Part shown: positions 9,277 to 18,335 of the stretch, one piece after another
Position numbering within the stretch: the first letter of the stretch is position 1
Layout of the letters: every line of letters starts with the position of its first letter
From: Candidatus Pacearchaeota archaeon
GTDB taxonomy: Archaea; Nanobdellota; Nanobdellia; Pacearchaeales; GW2011-AR1
DNA: 64,000 bases
Assembly (NCBI GenBank): GCA_018303855.1
Contig: JAGVXI010000006.1
Coordinates: 105,181 to 169,180, forward strand
Direction of reading: 5' to 3'
Notes under the pieces: generated by a model
What the model was told of the DNA's origin: nothing
What the model saw: only the letters and a program-made list of their open reading frames with translations
The model's database searches: none
Made by a program: the position numbers and the translations under genes

Positions 9277-9443
9277 TATCCAAACCTAAACAAATCTTTA
9301 ATTTTATCAATAAGATTAATCCCCTTGCCTTTTAATATAAAAATTGTTAACACTAAAATAGCTAAAACAGCAACTGCAATTAAGAGCCATGGCAAATACT
9401 CGCTTACTATCCCTTTTTTACCTCTTTTTTTCAATAACTTCAT
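9276..9443 (-). CDS. 55-aa mini-pilin-like protein (class III signal), not in ORF track
   Basis: My translation: MKLLKKRGKKG|IVSEYLPWLLIAVAVLAILVLTIFILKGKGINLIDKIKDLFRFG. The stop overlaps the next ATG (TAATG). Confidence 0.45.
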   Translation of the reverse strand: MKLLKKRGKKGIVSEYLPWLLIAVAVLAILVLTIFILKGKGINLIDKIKDLFRFG

Positions 9444-9642
9444 GCTGTATAAAGAAAAAACAAAGTTATAAATTTAACTAAGTTAAATTTATAGTTAATA
9501 GCAACTTGTAATTAAGATTGCAACATCATCAAGCAGTTTATCACTTTTTGGATATTAGTTTATGGAACTAAGCTTTATGAAAAACCTAAATAATAAACAT
9601 TCCCTACCTTTTAACTTGTTTAACATCTTGTAATTTTTTAAC

Positions 9643-11808
9643 TTAACCAACTAATCCACCTAAAACAATTGATGCCAGGAAGAATAATGCAACAATAGCA
9701 ACAAATGAAACAATCAAATAAAGCAAAACCCCGGTAGACAAATTCTTGCCTATTTGATTTGTTTTTTGCAGTTTATCCTCGCCAGCATCTATGGTAACCA
9801 AGGTGTCTGTTAAAATAAAGATTACCTCAATTATGTAAATGCCAATTGTAATCTGCAAGTAATATGGAGGAATCATTTTAAGTATGTCAAAAATATTCAG
9901 CAGATTTCCAATATTGCCGCCTAACTCTGCTGCTTCGCCTCCAGCAAGCCTTGTTAAATCCAGCCTGTTTAAAATAGCAGTGATCATCGCACCTAAACCA
10001 ACAACAATCCCGCTTAGCAACGGAGCAAGAAATACCATGTTGCTTTTCATATCAGAAATAACTTCAGCAAGCATATCTTTAAGCCTCATTGTTATTTTGC
10101 TTATGTTTTTCATATATTCTGAAATGCTCATCAAACTTATTGCAGCTATTTTCAAGCCTTTTTTAGCGCTCTCAATTAAAATTCTCATACTTGTTGCGAT
10201 TAGATCAGAAGGAAAATAATTAATAGCCCCTCTCTGAATGTCAAAAATAGCTTTTTCCACATCCATGCCACCTTGCTGTATATTATAATTTACTCTCCTA
10301 AAAAAATTCTCAGTTTTTAAGCCTCTTGCTGATTCTGCAATTTTCCCAAAAACCAATTCAGGAGGAACCCCATTGCCAAGCCTGTTTCCTAATTGAAATA
10401 AAGAGTTAGCAAATTCTTTTTCAAGTTGTTCTGTATTTTCTCTTTCTTTAATCAGTTCTTTTGTTTTCATGCTATAAGCTATTGAAAAAAATACAGCTAT
10501 ACCAAAGGGTATAAACAAGCTGAAAATTAAAGCTCCTGGTCCAAATGGACCGACAAATCCACTGCCAAAAGCCTTAAAATCAAAAAATTTAATATCACTT
10601 CCAAATATTCCTAACCCAATTTCGCCAAAAGTAAAATCCTTTGCCAAACCAAGCCATTCAGGTATTTGAGTATATTGAAAAATCAAAGGCAAAAAACCTA
10701 CTATCAAAAGAGGAAATGCGACTAAAAAAGCAGTAAAATACGGCTTTCTGCTTGCATATTTATAATAAATAGGGTTTCTTTCTAAAAGGCTGGTTTCACC
10801 ATGCCCACCAGGCCTTAGCATCATAATATTATTTGTTAGAAAAAATGCAATAAATGGGATAACCAAGTTATAAAAAATTACGACATGATACCATTTTAAA
10901 TAATCTCCAATTAATGCAGACGCCAAAGGAAGCAATGCTATTCCTAAAACAGGCAGAACAACTGCGAGCATGTAAACATTAAACAAAGGAGCCCTGACAT
11001 CATGAGTAAATTTTAACATTTTGTCATAAACACCGTCAAGAATAACCTGCAAAGCTTTTTCTAGCGTGATAATTCGCCTTGCATTATCTGGCTCAAATAA
11101 ACTGCTTTCAATTAAATGAAAAGACTCAATAAACTCAGTGCTATAATCCCTCCAGGTTTCAAGATAATTATCTAAACTTTCCTTAATAGTGGAAAACCTG
11201 CCAATTTCAACATCATAAAACACTTTTTTAAAATCTAAAGTGAGTGGATATTGCAAATGCTCTGCTGAAAATGCAATTGCCCTTTCTAAATTTGAAGTAT
11301 GCCTCATATAAACTACAACATAAAGAATAGCCGGCACCATCTGGCTTGAAGCTTTTAATCTCCATTTATTTGCAAGCCTTGCAGGATAAGTGCTTGTATA
11401 ATAAAACACAAAGACTGCTAAAGAAAGCACTAAGACAAAAAATAAGATAAGCAGAGCATCATAAATTAAGTATGCTACAAGTGTGATAACAGCTCCAATA
11501 AAAAAAACTCCTAAAAAAGACATAACAGCAAGAGTTAAAGCCTGCCAAGGTTCTATATCAACATGCGCAATTTCAAGCTGCCTCTTAATTCTAGTAGCAT
11601 CTTTTTCAGAAGGCTTGAGCTTAATAATACTCCCTAAACTTCTGCACCATCTTTCATAACTTGAAAGTTCAGGAGCCATCTCCTCTTTAAACCTTACATA
11701 CTCTCTGCTAAAATTAACATTTTTAATTTGAGGTGTGTTTATTTCTTTTTCAAGCCTTGCGCTATGCTTTCTAAGAACTTCATCAACAGTTAGCCTTCTA
11801 TCTGGCAT
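9643..11808 (-). CDS. Polytopic membrane platform protein, FlaJ/TadC/PilC-like
   Basis: 721 aa, directly downstream of the secretion ATPase. TM bundles alternate with cytoplasmic helical domains resembling T2SS-F repeats (for example LEKEFANSLFQLGNRLGNGVPPE...GMDVEKAIFDI...). Confidence 0.65.
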   Translation of the reverse strand: MPDRRLTVDEVLRKHSARLEKEINTPQIKNVNFSREYVRFKEEMAPELSSYERWCRSLGSIIKLKPSEKDATRIKRQLEIAHVDIEPWQALTLAVMSFLGVFFIGAVITLVAYLIYDALLILFFVLVLSLAVFVFYYTSTYPARLANKWRLKASSQMVPAILYVVVYMRHTSNLERAIAFSAEHLQYPLTLDFKKVFYDVEIGRFSTIKESLDNYLETWRDYSTEFIESFHLIESSLFEPDNARRIITLEKALQVILDGVYDKMLKFTHDVRAPLFNVYMLAVVLPVLGIALLPLASALIGDYLKWYHVVIFYNLVIPFIAFFLTNNIMMLRPGGHGETSLLERNPIYYKYASRKPYFTAFLVAFPLLIVGFLPLIFQYTQIPEWLGLAKDFTFGEIGLGIFGSDIKFFDFKAFGSGFVGPFGPGALIFSLFIPFGIAVFFSIAYSMKTKELIKERENTEQLEKEFANSLFQLGNRLGNGVPPELVFGKIAESARGLKTENFFRRVNYNIQQGGMDVEKAIFDIQRGAINYFPSDLIATSMRILIESAKKGLKIAAISLMSISEYMKNISKITMRLKDMLAEVISDMKSNMVFLAPLLSGIVVGLGAMITAILNRLDLTRLAGGEAAELGGNIGNLLNIFDILKMIPPYYLQITIGIYIIEVIFILTDTLVTIDAGEDKLQKTNQIGKNLSTGVLLYLIVSFVAIVALFFLASIVLGGLVG

Positions 11809-11925
11809 AATTCATCCTCTTTTTTATACGCAATTTATAAAATGAATAAAGAAGGGCGATTAATAAATGTTTTTAGAATTTTGTTTAGAGAGCTTAAAAA
11901 CAAATAACCTTAGAATTATAAAAAA

Positions 11926-14214
11926 TCAACCTTTCTTCCCCTTTATCTTCTGATTAAGCCACTTCTGCCATTCTGGAAAAACTTTATCACCCAATGGCAA
12001 GCCAATTTCCTGCCCAATTTGGTCAGATATTTTGTGAAAAGCGTCATTGCTCAATGCATTAAACTCAGCTTCAAGCAGTTCTGGTTTATTTAATTTATTT
12101 GCGACATCAACAATCTCCTGCTTAACTTTTGCCCTCAATAAAATATTATCATAAACAGCATCCCAATTTCCTGCCCAACCCCTGATATTTGATGCGATAT
12201 CTTTTATTACTTCGCTGTCCCCGTTAATTAAATCCTGTGTTGGTTCTAATTCATCTTTATTAATATTATATTTAAGCAAATCAACAAAACCTTTTTCATC
12301 TTGGGGGTCTTTTATCCAGTGTTTTCTTACTTCTGTTAATTGGAGCATTCTTTTCCAGCTATGCAGACCATCTGGGCTTTTAATAGGATTTACAATAATA
12401 ATAACGTCTGTTGCTTTAAAACTCGTGGCAGGGACTTGCAAATCATTTACAACCCTGTCAAAAACAGCATAAGGCGAGGCACCATGAATAGTTCCTGCAA
12501 CAACATTTGCCAAAGCACCAACTCTCATTGCTTCATAAAGAGCTTTTGCTTCATCACTCCTTACTTCCCCAACAATTAAACTTGAATCACCTAACCTTAA
12601 ACTTGTTCTTATTCCTTCATCAGCAGAAACCTCTGTTGTTGATTTTAACAAAGCAGAACGAACTTTCATTCTTAAAATATCATACTTGAGTTTTCTCATT
12701 GCATCAACAGGTAATTCAAGCGTGTCTTCTATCACAATCATCCTGTATCTCGGAATAGTTTCTAGCATCAAACTTCCTAACAAAGAAGTTTTACCAGAAC
12801 TTCTTGTTCCTGCTACAAGTAAGGTTCTGCTCCCATCAATTAAAAAACTCATTAAACCAGCTGCAAAAGAATTAATCATTCTATTGTTGATAAATAAAGG
12901 AAGTGTCCATGGTTTTTCTCTATGCCTTCTTATTGCATAAGCTAATCCAGTCGGAGACAAAGGTTGCTGAATAATAGCAATTCTTGCATTAATTTCCCCA
13001 ACACTAAGCTGAGTATCAAGAATAGGATTTGCTTCATCTAAAGGACGTCCAGAAATCATCCTGAATTTAGCTGCCCATGAGTCTGCATCTTCTTGGCTTG
13101 GGAGGATATTAGTAGAGCACTCATCATATTCTTCATGCTTTACAAAAACATTTGTTAAAGCAATTGGGGAGTTTAAAACAATATCCTGAAGTTTTGAATC
13201 CTGTAAAAGCACCTCGATTAAACCAAAGCCAATTGTGTGCCTAACTAAAATAGTTGCTAATCTATTAAGTGAGCTATAGCTAATCTTAATGGCTTTTGAG
13301 TCAGCCAAATCCTGCAGTAAATCCCGCGAAATATTAAAAAAAACCTGCCTTGTTCTTTCTGTATCAACAAACTCTTCTGCTTGTGGCTGGTGCTCTATTA
13401 AAACTCCTTTAGCAAGATTTAAAAGAGCATAATGATCTTCGGGAAGCAGATTTTCAGGGGGATTTAAGTGATAAATTAATTTAGCCTCTTCTTTTCTTCT
13501 TAAGATTGTAACGCTGGATTCATCATGACTTCCTTTTGCAATTTTATACTGGTCAATAATTTCAGCATCTTCTGGCAAATCAGTTACAAGCCTGGTAAAA
13601 GTAAAGTTTGGAATAGTATCTGCCTTGAAAAATCTTTGATAAATACTCCTGTTGCCTTTTGCATAATCATCAAAATAAAAAGAGGCTGCTTGTATAAGTT
13701 TTGTTGCTTTTAATAATTCAAAAATCATTTCTAGGGTGTAAATGTAATTTTTCTGGCATGCTTTGCACTCATCTCCAACTTTATCAAGCATAATTCTTGC
13801 TTCAATGATAAATCTTCTTAAATCCATGTAAGCTGCAATTGGATCTTGCTTTAGCATTAAAAGAAAAGAGAAAATTTCATTATACCTCTGGCTAAAAAAC
13901 TGGGAACACTGCAGAACCAGTTTTTCCTGGGACAATATTTTTTCCTGCTTAACAAGGTATGAATAAAGCTGTGCTATTTCTAAAAGATAAGAGATTTCGC
14001 TAAAATCATAATTGTAATTTTTTTGCTGAACAAACACGATTCTTGAAATATTTGGAGCTTCTACAAGTATATCCACAGTGCTTCCCATAACTTCAGGGTA
14101 CTCTGCCAGACTTGGCACAAAAGGCGCCCCTAAATAATTAATATAAAGCACATCTTCTCCGCCTTCTCTTGCTACCTCATATGAATAAAGAGGCGCGCCT
14201 TCTTCAAATATCAT
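11926..14214 (-). CDS. Type IV pilus/archaellum-type secretion ATPase (FlaI/PilB/GspE-VirB11 family)
   Basis: Walker A VAGTRSSGKTSLLGS, Asp box MIVIEDTLELP, Walker B-region LIVGEVRSDEA, His box VAGTIHGASP. There is an N-terminal extension of about 330 aa beyond a typical FlaI. Confidence 0.9.
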   Translation of the reverse strand: MIFEEGAPLYSYEVAREGGEDVLYINYLGAPFVPSLAEYPEVMGSTVDILVEAPNISRIVFVQQKNYNYDFSEISYLLEIAQLYSYLVKQEKILSQEKLVLQCSQFFSQRYNEIFSFLLMLKQDPIAAYMDLRRFIIEARIMLDKVGDECKACQKNYIYTLEMIFELLKATKLIQAASFYFDDYAKGNRSIYQRFFKADTIPNFTFTRLVTDLPEDAEIIDQYKIAKGSHDESSVTILRRKEEAKLIYHLNPPENLLPEDHYALLNLAKGVLIEHQPQAEEFVDTERTRQVFFNISRDLLQDLADSKAIKISYSSLNRLATILVRHTIGFGLIEVLLQDSKLQDIVLNSPIALTNVFVKHEEYDECSTNILPSQEDADSWAAKFRMISGRPLDEANPILDTQLSVGEINARIAIIQQPLSPTGLAYAIRRHREKPWTLPLFINNRMINSFAAGLMSFLIDGSRTLLVAGTRSSGKTSLLGSLMLETIPRYRMIVIEDTLELPVDAMRKLKYDILRMKVRSALLKSTTEVSADEGIRTSLRLGDSSLIVGEVRSDEAKALYEAMRVGALANVVAGTIHGASPYAVFDRVVNDLQVPATSFKATDVIIIVNPIKSPDGLHSWKRMLQLTEVRKHWIKDPQDEKGFVDLLKYNINKDELEPTQDLINGDSEVIKDIASNIRGWAGNWDAVYDNILLRAKVKQEIVDVANKLNKPELLEAEFNALSNDAFHKISDQIGQEIGLPLGDKVFPEWQKWLNQKIKGKKG

Positions 14215-14470
14215 AAACAGAAAAAGAATATATAGTTTAAAATTGTTGTTGTGGTAAGAAACAATTTTAAGTTATAGAGGCTTTTAATAAAAAATCTAGA
14301 GATATTATTTAGGAAAATTTGTAGGCAATCTATAATTTAAGCGTAGTAATTTATTAATTTAACAAGTTTTTTATATATAGAACACCCCAATTAATCTTCT
14401 TAATCCATAACAAATAATTAAATTTGTTTTCTTTGGAAACAAATTTAAACCCTTTTTACATTTATTTAAC

Positions 14471-14839
14471 ATGGTAGTAGAAGAAGGATTTGATTATGTC
14501 GGGCAGGCAATGGGCGAGTTTAATGTCAAAATGCGTGACTTGGAAGACAGACAGAGAATCATGCGGGACAGATTGCTTTTAATAGGCAAAAACCTTTTAG
14601 AATTCAAGGAAAAAACATCAGAAGATGTTTTGGGTATAAAAAAAGAGCTTGAGAAACTAAAGCAGGATATGCAGAGGTTGACAAGCTTTTTAGAAACAGC
14701 ATCAACTGAATTTTCAAAATTTGCGAGAAAAGAGGATTTGGCAGTTTTAATCAAGCAGGCAAAAATGTTTCAGCCATTAGAGTTTGTCAGAAAAAAAGAC
14801 TTAAATGATATTATTAAAGCAGGAAAAAATAATTGGTAG
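14471..14839 (+). CDS. Coiled-coil protein, divergent from the pilus ATPase gene
   Basis: 122 aa with heptad-like charged and hydrophobic periodicity (LEDRQRIMRDRLLLIGKNLLEFKEK...KKELEKLKQDMQRL). Confidence 0.5.
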   Translation: MVVEEGFDYVGQAMGEFNVKMRDLEDRQRIMRDRLLLIGKNLLEFKEKTSEDVLGIKKELEKLKQDMQRLTSFLETASTEFSKFARKEDLAVLIKQAKMFQPLEFVRKKDLNDIIKAGKNNW

Positions 14840-14980
14840 GTAAAGGCAGGCTATAATAAAAAAGATTGATAATCAAAATAATAAAATTATAGATGTAAAA
14901 TTTATCGTAAGTTAAGCATATCAATTAACATAAAAGCAAATTTAAATAAATTAGGCTAAAAACAAAAGAGTTAAAACAAA

Positions 14981-15685
14981 ATGGGAATTTTAGAGCAGGT
15001 TGAGCAGATGAAAAATCAGGGCATACCTGATGAGCAAATTATATCTATAATGCAGCAGCAAGGCATAACTCCTGCGCAAATAAATGACGCATTGAGCCAG
15101 ACGCAGGTTAAGAGTGCAATAGCTGGTCCAGAGATGGAAGATATGCAGCAATCTATAATGCAACAAGGCCCTTATGCTCAGTCAACTCAAGAGCTTGGAG
15201 AAGAAGGAATTCCCGAACCGGGAGCAGAATATGGAAATGCTGAAAATGAAACTTATCCTGCAGATTCTTCTGGTTATGAGTACTATACTCCCCAAGCAGC
15301 AGGAGTTAGTACAGACACTATGATTGAGGTTGCAGAGCAGGTTTTTACAGAAAAAATATCAAGCATAAATAAGAAAGTAGAGGATGCAAGTGAATTCAAA
15401 ACTATTGCTGACACCAAAATTGAGCACATGGAAAAAAGGCTTGTAAAATTAGAATCAGTTATTGACAGAATTAATGCAGCACTATTAGACAAAATAAGCA
15501 CATATGGGGAAGAATTAAGCCCTTTAAAAAAAGAAATGGAAATGGTTCAAGATTCTTTCAGCAAACTAATAAATCCTTTAGCAGACAAAGCAGAAAAAAG
15601 ACATGCACACAAAAAATCAGGGCACAGGAAATCAAGAAAATCCGGGCATGCAAAAAAAACAACTATAAAAGCAAGGAAAAAATAA
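14981..15685 (+). CDS. Coiled-coil protein with acidic linker and basic tail, possibly FlaC/D-like accessory protein
   Basis: N-terminal helical module GIPDEQIISIMQQQGITPAQINDALSQ, an acidic low-complexity linker, then coiled coil MEKRLVKLESVIDRINA...SFSKLINPL, reminiscent of the archaeal FlaC coiled coil ending in NP(F/L). The tail is KKSGHRKSRKSGHAKK. Confidence 0.45.
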   Translation: MGILEQVEQMKNQGIPDEQIISIMQQQGITPAQINDALSQTQVKSAIAGPEMEDMQQSIMQQGPYAQSTQELGEEGIPEPGAEYGNAENETYPADSSGYEYYTPQAAGVSTDTMIEVAEQVFTEKISSINKKVEDASEFKTIADTKIEHMEKRLVKLESVIDRINAALLDKISTYGEELSPLKKEMEMVQDSFSKLINPLADKAEKRHAHKKSGHRKSRKSGHAKKTTIKARKK

Positions 15686-15861
15686 TTAATTGTTAAGCAA
15701 CTAAGAGCCAATTGGTTAATTCAGCATTTACATAATAACAAAGTGTAATTAAATATATCTAACTTATCAAACAAAATCCTATGCCTACCAGCTACCCATC
15801 TAAATACCTTAGAATAATTATCCTACAACCTTTACATACTTAACTAGATTAAAAAATAGGA

Positions 15862-16428
15862 TTAATCCTTTTGCTCAATTCTCCAAGGACCCAACTCAAA
15901 ATCTTTAGCCTCTTTTGGATTTGATGTGCCAATAATGATTGCAAGAGCAATTAATATAAAAACAATAAAGGCAACCATTGGCCAATTATCATACCACCAC
16001 CATCCAGAATACCAGCCAACACCAGCAGAAGTTTGAATCAAAACAATTATTGCAATAATTAATCCAATTGCCATTAAAGTATACATTAATCCAGCTTTTT
16101 TGGGATTAACAAAAAAGCCTGCTAAGATTAAGATAACTAAAAGCACAGCCAAACCAACTCCAAGCCTTGGGAATACATTGGAAAAAAATTCAGGAACAAA
16201 ACCAAACTGCAGAGCCATTAATCCAACAGAAAACGCAATAACAGCATCAACTGCTCTGTTTTTTCCAAATAATTTCATAGAAGATAAAATTCCGTAGATT
16301 AAAGCAAATATAAGCAAAAACGGCAGAGCATAACTAAATGCTCCGATTTCTGCCCACTGGTTTAGAATATTTCCAATTGTGCCACCAGAATAACTATAAG
16401 AAGCTAATGAAATTATCCCTCCTAACAT
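15862..16428 (-). CDS. Integral membrane protein, unknown family (paralog of 17455..17952)
   Basis: About 5 TM segments. ALPFLLIFALIYGILSSMKLFGKNRAVDAVIAFSVGL aligns with ILPFLLMFALVFAILEKSKILGEDKKQVNAIVAFVIGV in the other copy. Confidence 0.6.
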   Translation of the reverse strand: MLGGIISLASYSYSGGTIGNILNQWAEIGAFSYALPFLLIFALIYGILSSMKLFGKNRAVDAVIAFSVGLMALQFGFVPEFFSNVFPRLGVGLAVLLVILILAGFFVNPKKAGLMYTLMAIGLIIAIIVLIQTSAGVGWYSGWWWYDNWPMVAFIVFILIALAIIIGTSNPKEAKDFELGPWRIEQKD

Positions 16429-16607
16429 ACTTTAAATATGAAAAAAGAATTTAAATATGTTTCTAATATGTTGGGCTGAGAAATAGTTAATGTAAATACA
16501 GCTTATTCACAATTACATACTACTAATCAATTATCCGCATATAACCCCAAAAAATATAACTTACCTAAATTAACTTTAAAAACCAACTATATAATCAAAA
16601 TATACAA

Positions 16608-17300
16608 ATGAAACAAAACATTCCAAAACACATTGTAATAATCCCGGATGGCAACAGGCGCTGGGCAAAAGAAAAAGGACTTAAAGCAACTCTTGGACAT
16701 AAAACAGCTGCAGAATATAATCATATAGAATCGTTGATTACGCAAGCAAAAAATTCAGGGGTGAAATATCTTTCAATTTGGGCATTTTCAACAGAAAATT
16801 GGAAAAGAGAAAAACAGGAAATAAAAACAATCTTTAATTTAATCTATAGATTGATAAACCATTTTAGCAAAGATATTTACAAAAATAAGATAAGATTTAA
16901 GCACCTTGGAAGAAAAGACAGAATTCCAAAAAAATTAGTGCAGGCATTAGAAAAATTAGAACAAGAAAGCAAAAATTATTCTGGGTTCAATGTTCAGCTT
17001 TGTCTTGATTATGGGGGGAAAGATGAGATTATCAGGGCTGTAAACAGAGCAATAAAATCAGGAAAAATAGAGATTAACGAAAAAGAATTCCATGAATTCT
17101 TAGACACAAAAAACATCCCAGAGCCTGATTTAATAATTAGAACATCAGGTGAACAAAGGACAAGCGGAATAATGCCTTTTCAGTCTTCTTATGCTGAATT
17201 GTATTTCACCCCGGTTTATTTCCCTGATTTTAATTCCCAAGAATTAAAAAAAGCAATTGAAGAATTTCAAAAAAGGCAGAGGAGATTTGGGGGTTCTTGA
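16608..17300 (+). CDS. uppS: cis-Prenyltransferase (undecaprenyl-diphosphate synthase family)
   Basis: IIPDGNRRWAKEKG, SIWAFSTENWKR and IRTSGEQRTSG...YAELYF are hallmark UPPS motifs. Confidence 0.9.
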   Translation: MKQNIPKHIVIIPDGNRRWAKEKGLKATLGHKTAAEYNHIESLITQAKNSGVKYLSIWAFSTENWKREKQEIKTIFNLIYRLINHFSKDIYKNKIRFKHLGRKDRIPKKLVQALEKLEQESKNYSGFNVQLCLDYGGKDEIIRAVNRAIKSGKIEINEKEFHEFLDTKNIPEPDLIIRTSGEQRTSGIMPFQSSYAELYFTPVYFPDFNSQELKKAIEEFQKRQRRFGGS

Positions 17301-17454
17301 TGTGTTAATTAATAAATTGCAGTATGTTGAATTGGGTACAACAATAATCATACATTTATCACATCATATAATCTATTAACTTTCAACAACCCTAAAATAA
17401 TTTATACCTCTAAATTAGAAATCCACTATCCCGCATTAAATTTAAGATACAAAC

Positions 17455-17952
17455 TCACTCTCCCTTATATTTCAAAACAAAAATCACAACTCCGACAAGA
17501 ACTGCAATAAAAGCAACATTTGTCCAGATAGTATTGCTCCATGAACTATTAAATAAAAAATCATATAATTCGCTGTCAACTCCTGCTGCCCAAATCACTG
17601 CAATAATAACTGCAACAGTTATCAGTACTACAGCGCTCCATTTCATCCAGCCTTCGACAACAAGTCCCTTTTCTTTATCACTAACAACAAAGCCATAAAG
17701 CAGTAAAAATACGAATAATACAACAAGCGCGATAGTTAAAAATAATATTAAATTTTCAACAAATTGTTTTGGGAAAATTGCTCCGACAAAAATCACTCCA
17801 ATAACAAACGCAACAATAGCATTAACCTGCTTTTTATCTTCTCCTAAAATTTTTGATTTTTCTAAAATAGCAAAAACCAGTGCAAACATCAATAAGAATG
17901 GTAAGATAAACTGCGTAAAAATCCAGTGCTGCAAGATTGTTTCTTGGGCCAT
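17455..17952 (-). CDS. Integral membrane protein, unknown family (paralog of 15862..16428)
   Basis: 165 aa, about 5 TM segments. Shares the N-terminal motif with 15862..16428. Confidence 0.6.
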   Translation of the reverse strand: MAQETILQHWIFTQFILPFLLMFALVFAILEKSKILGEDKKQVNAIVAFVIGVIFVGAIFPKQFVENLILFLTIALVVLFVFLLLYGFVVSDKEKGLVVEGWMKWSAVVLITVAVIIAVIWAAGVDSELYDFLFNSSWSNTIWTNVAFIAVLVGVVIFVLKYKGE

Positions 17953-17961
17953 GTTTGCTTA

Positions 17962-18240
17962 CTATATCATCTCTGCCGGAATTTCTTCTATTTCTGATTC
18001 AGGACTTGGCAAAGCAGTTTTGTTTATTATAAAAACATCTCCAATTGCCTTGACAAACTGGTGTGGAATAATAACACCCCTAGCTCCTCCAATCAATGAG
18101 CTCATAACTCCTCCAACCCTTATTCTCCAGCCGTCAATTTTGTTCTCCATCAGATTTGCTTCTTCTACCTCTCCAAAGTACTCACCAGAATCAGTGTAAA
18201 CCTTGATACCCATAACCTCACTTATTTTCTTTATCCTCAT
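17962..18240 (-). CDS. PRC-barrel domain protein
   Basis: 92 aa. KISEVMGIKVYTDSGEYFGEVEEANLMENKIDGWRI matches the PRC-barrel pattern. Confidence 0.65.
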   Translation of the reverse strand: MRIKKISEVMGIKVYTDSGEYFGEVEEANLMENKIDGWRIRVGGVMSSLIGGARGVIIPHQFVKAIGDVFIINKTALPSPESEIEEIPAEMI

Positions 18241-18335
18241 GATAAAATTTATTCAGCCTTATTTAAATAGTTTTCCATAATTCAATATATAAGCGTTATA
18301 ACAATATTTATAAAAAAACACTTCCTAATTTAAGC

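Noticed and set aside
9884-13713. Multiple 60-111-aa plus-strand ORFs inside the platform and ATPase genes
   Set aside because: All are antisense to long, motif-bearing minus-strand genes. They are typical shadow ORFs.
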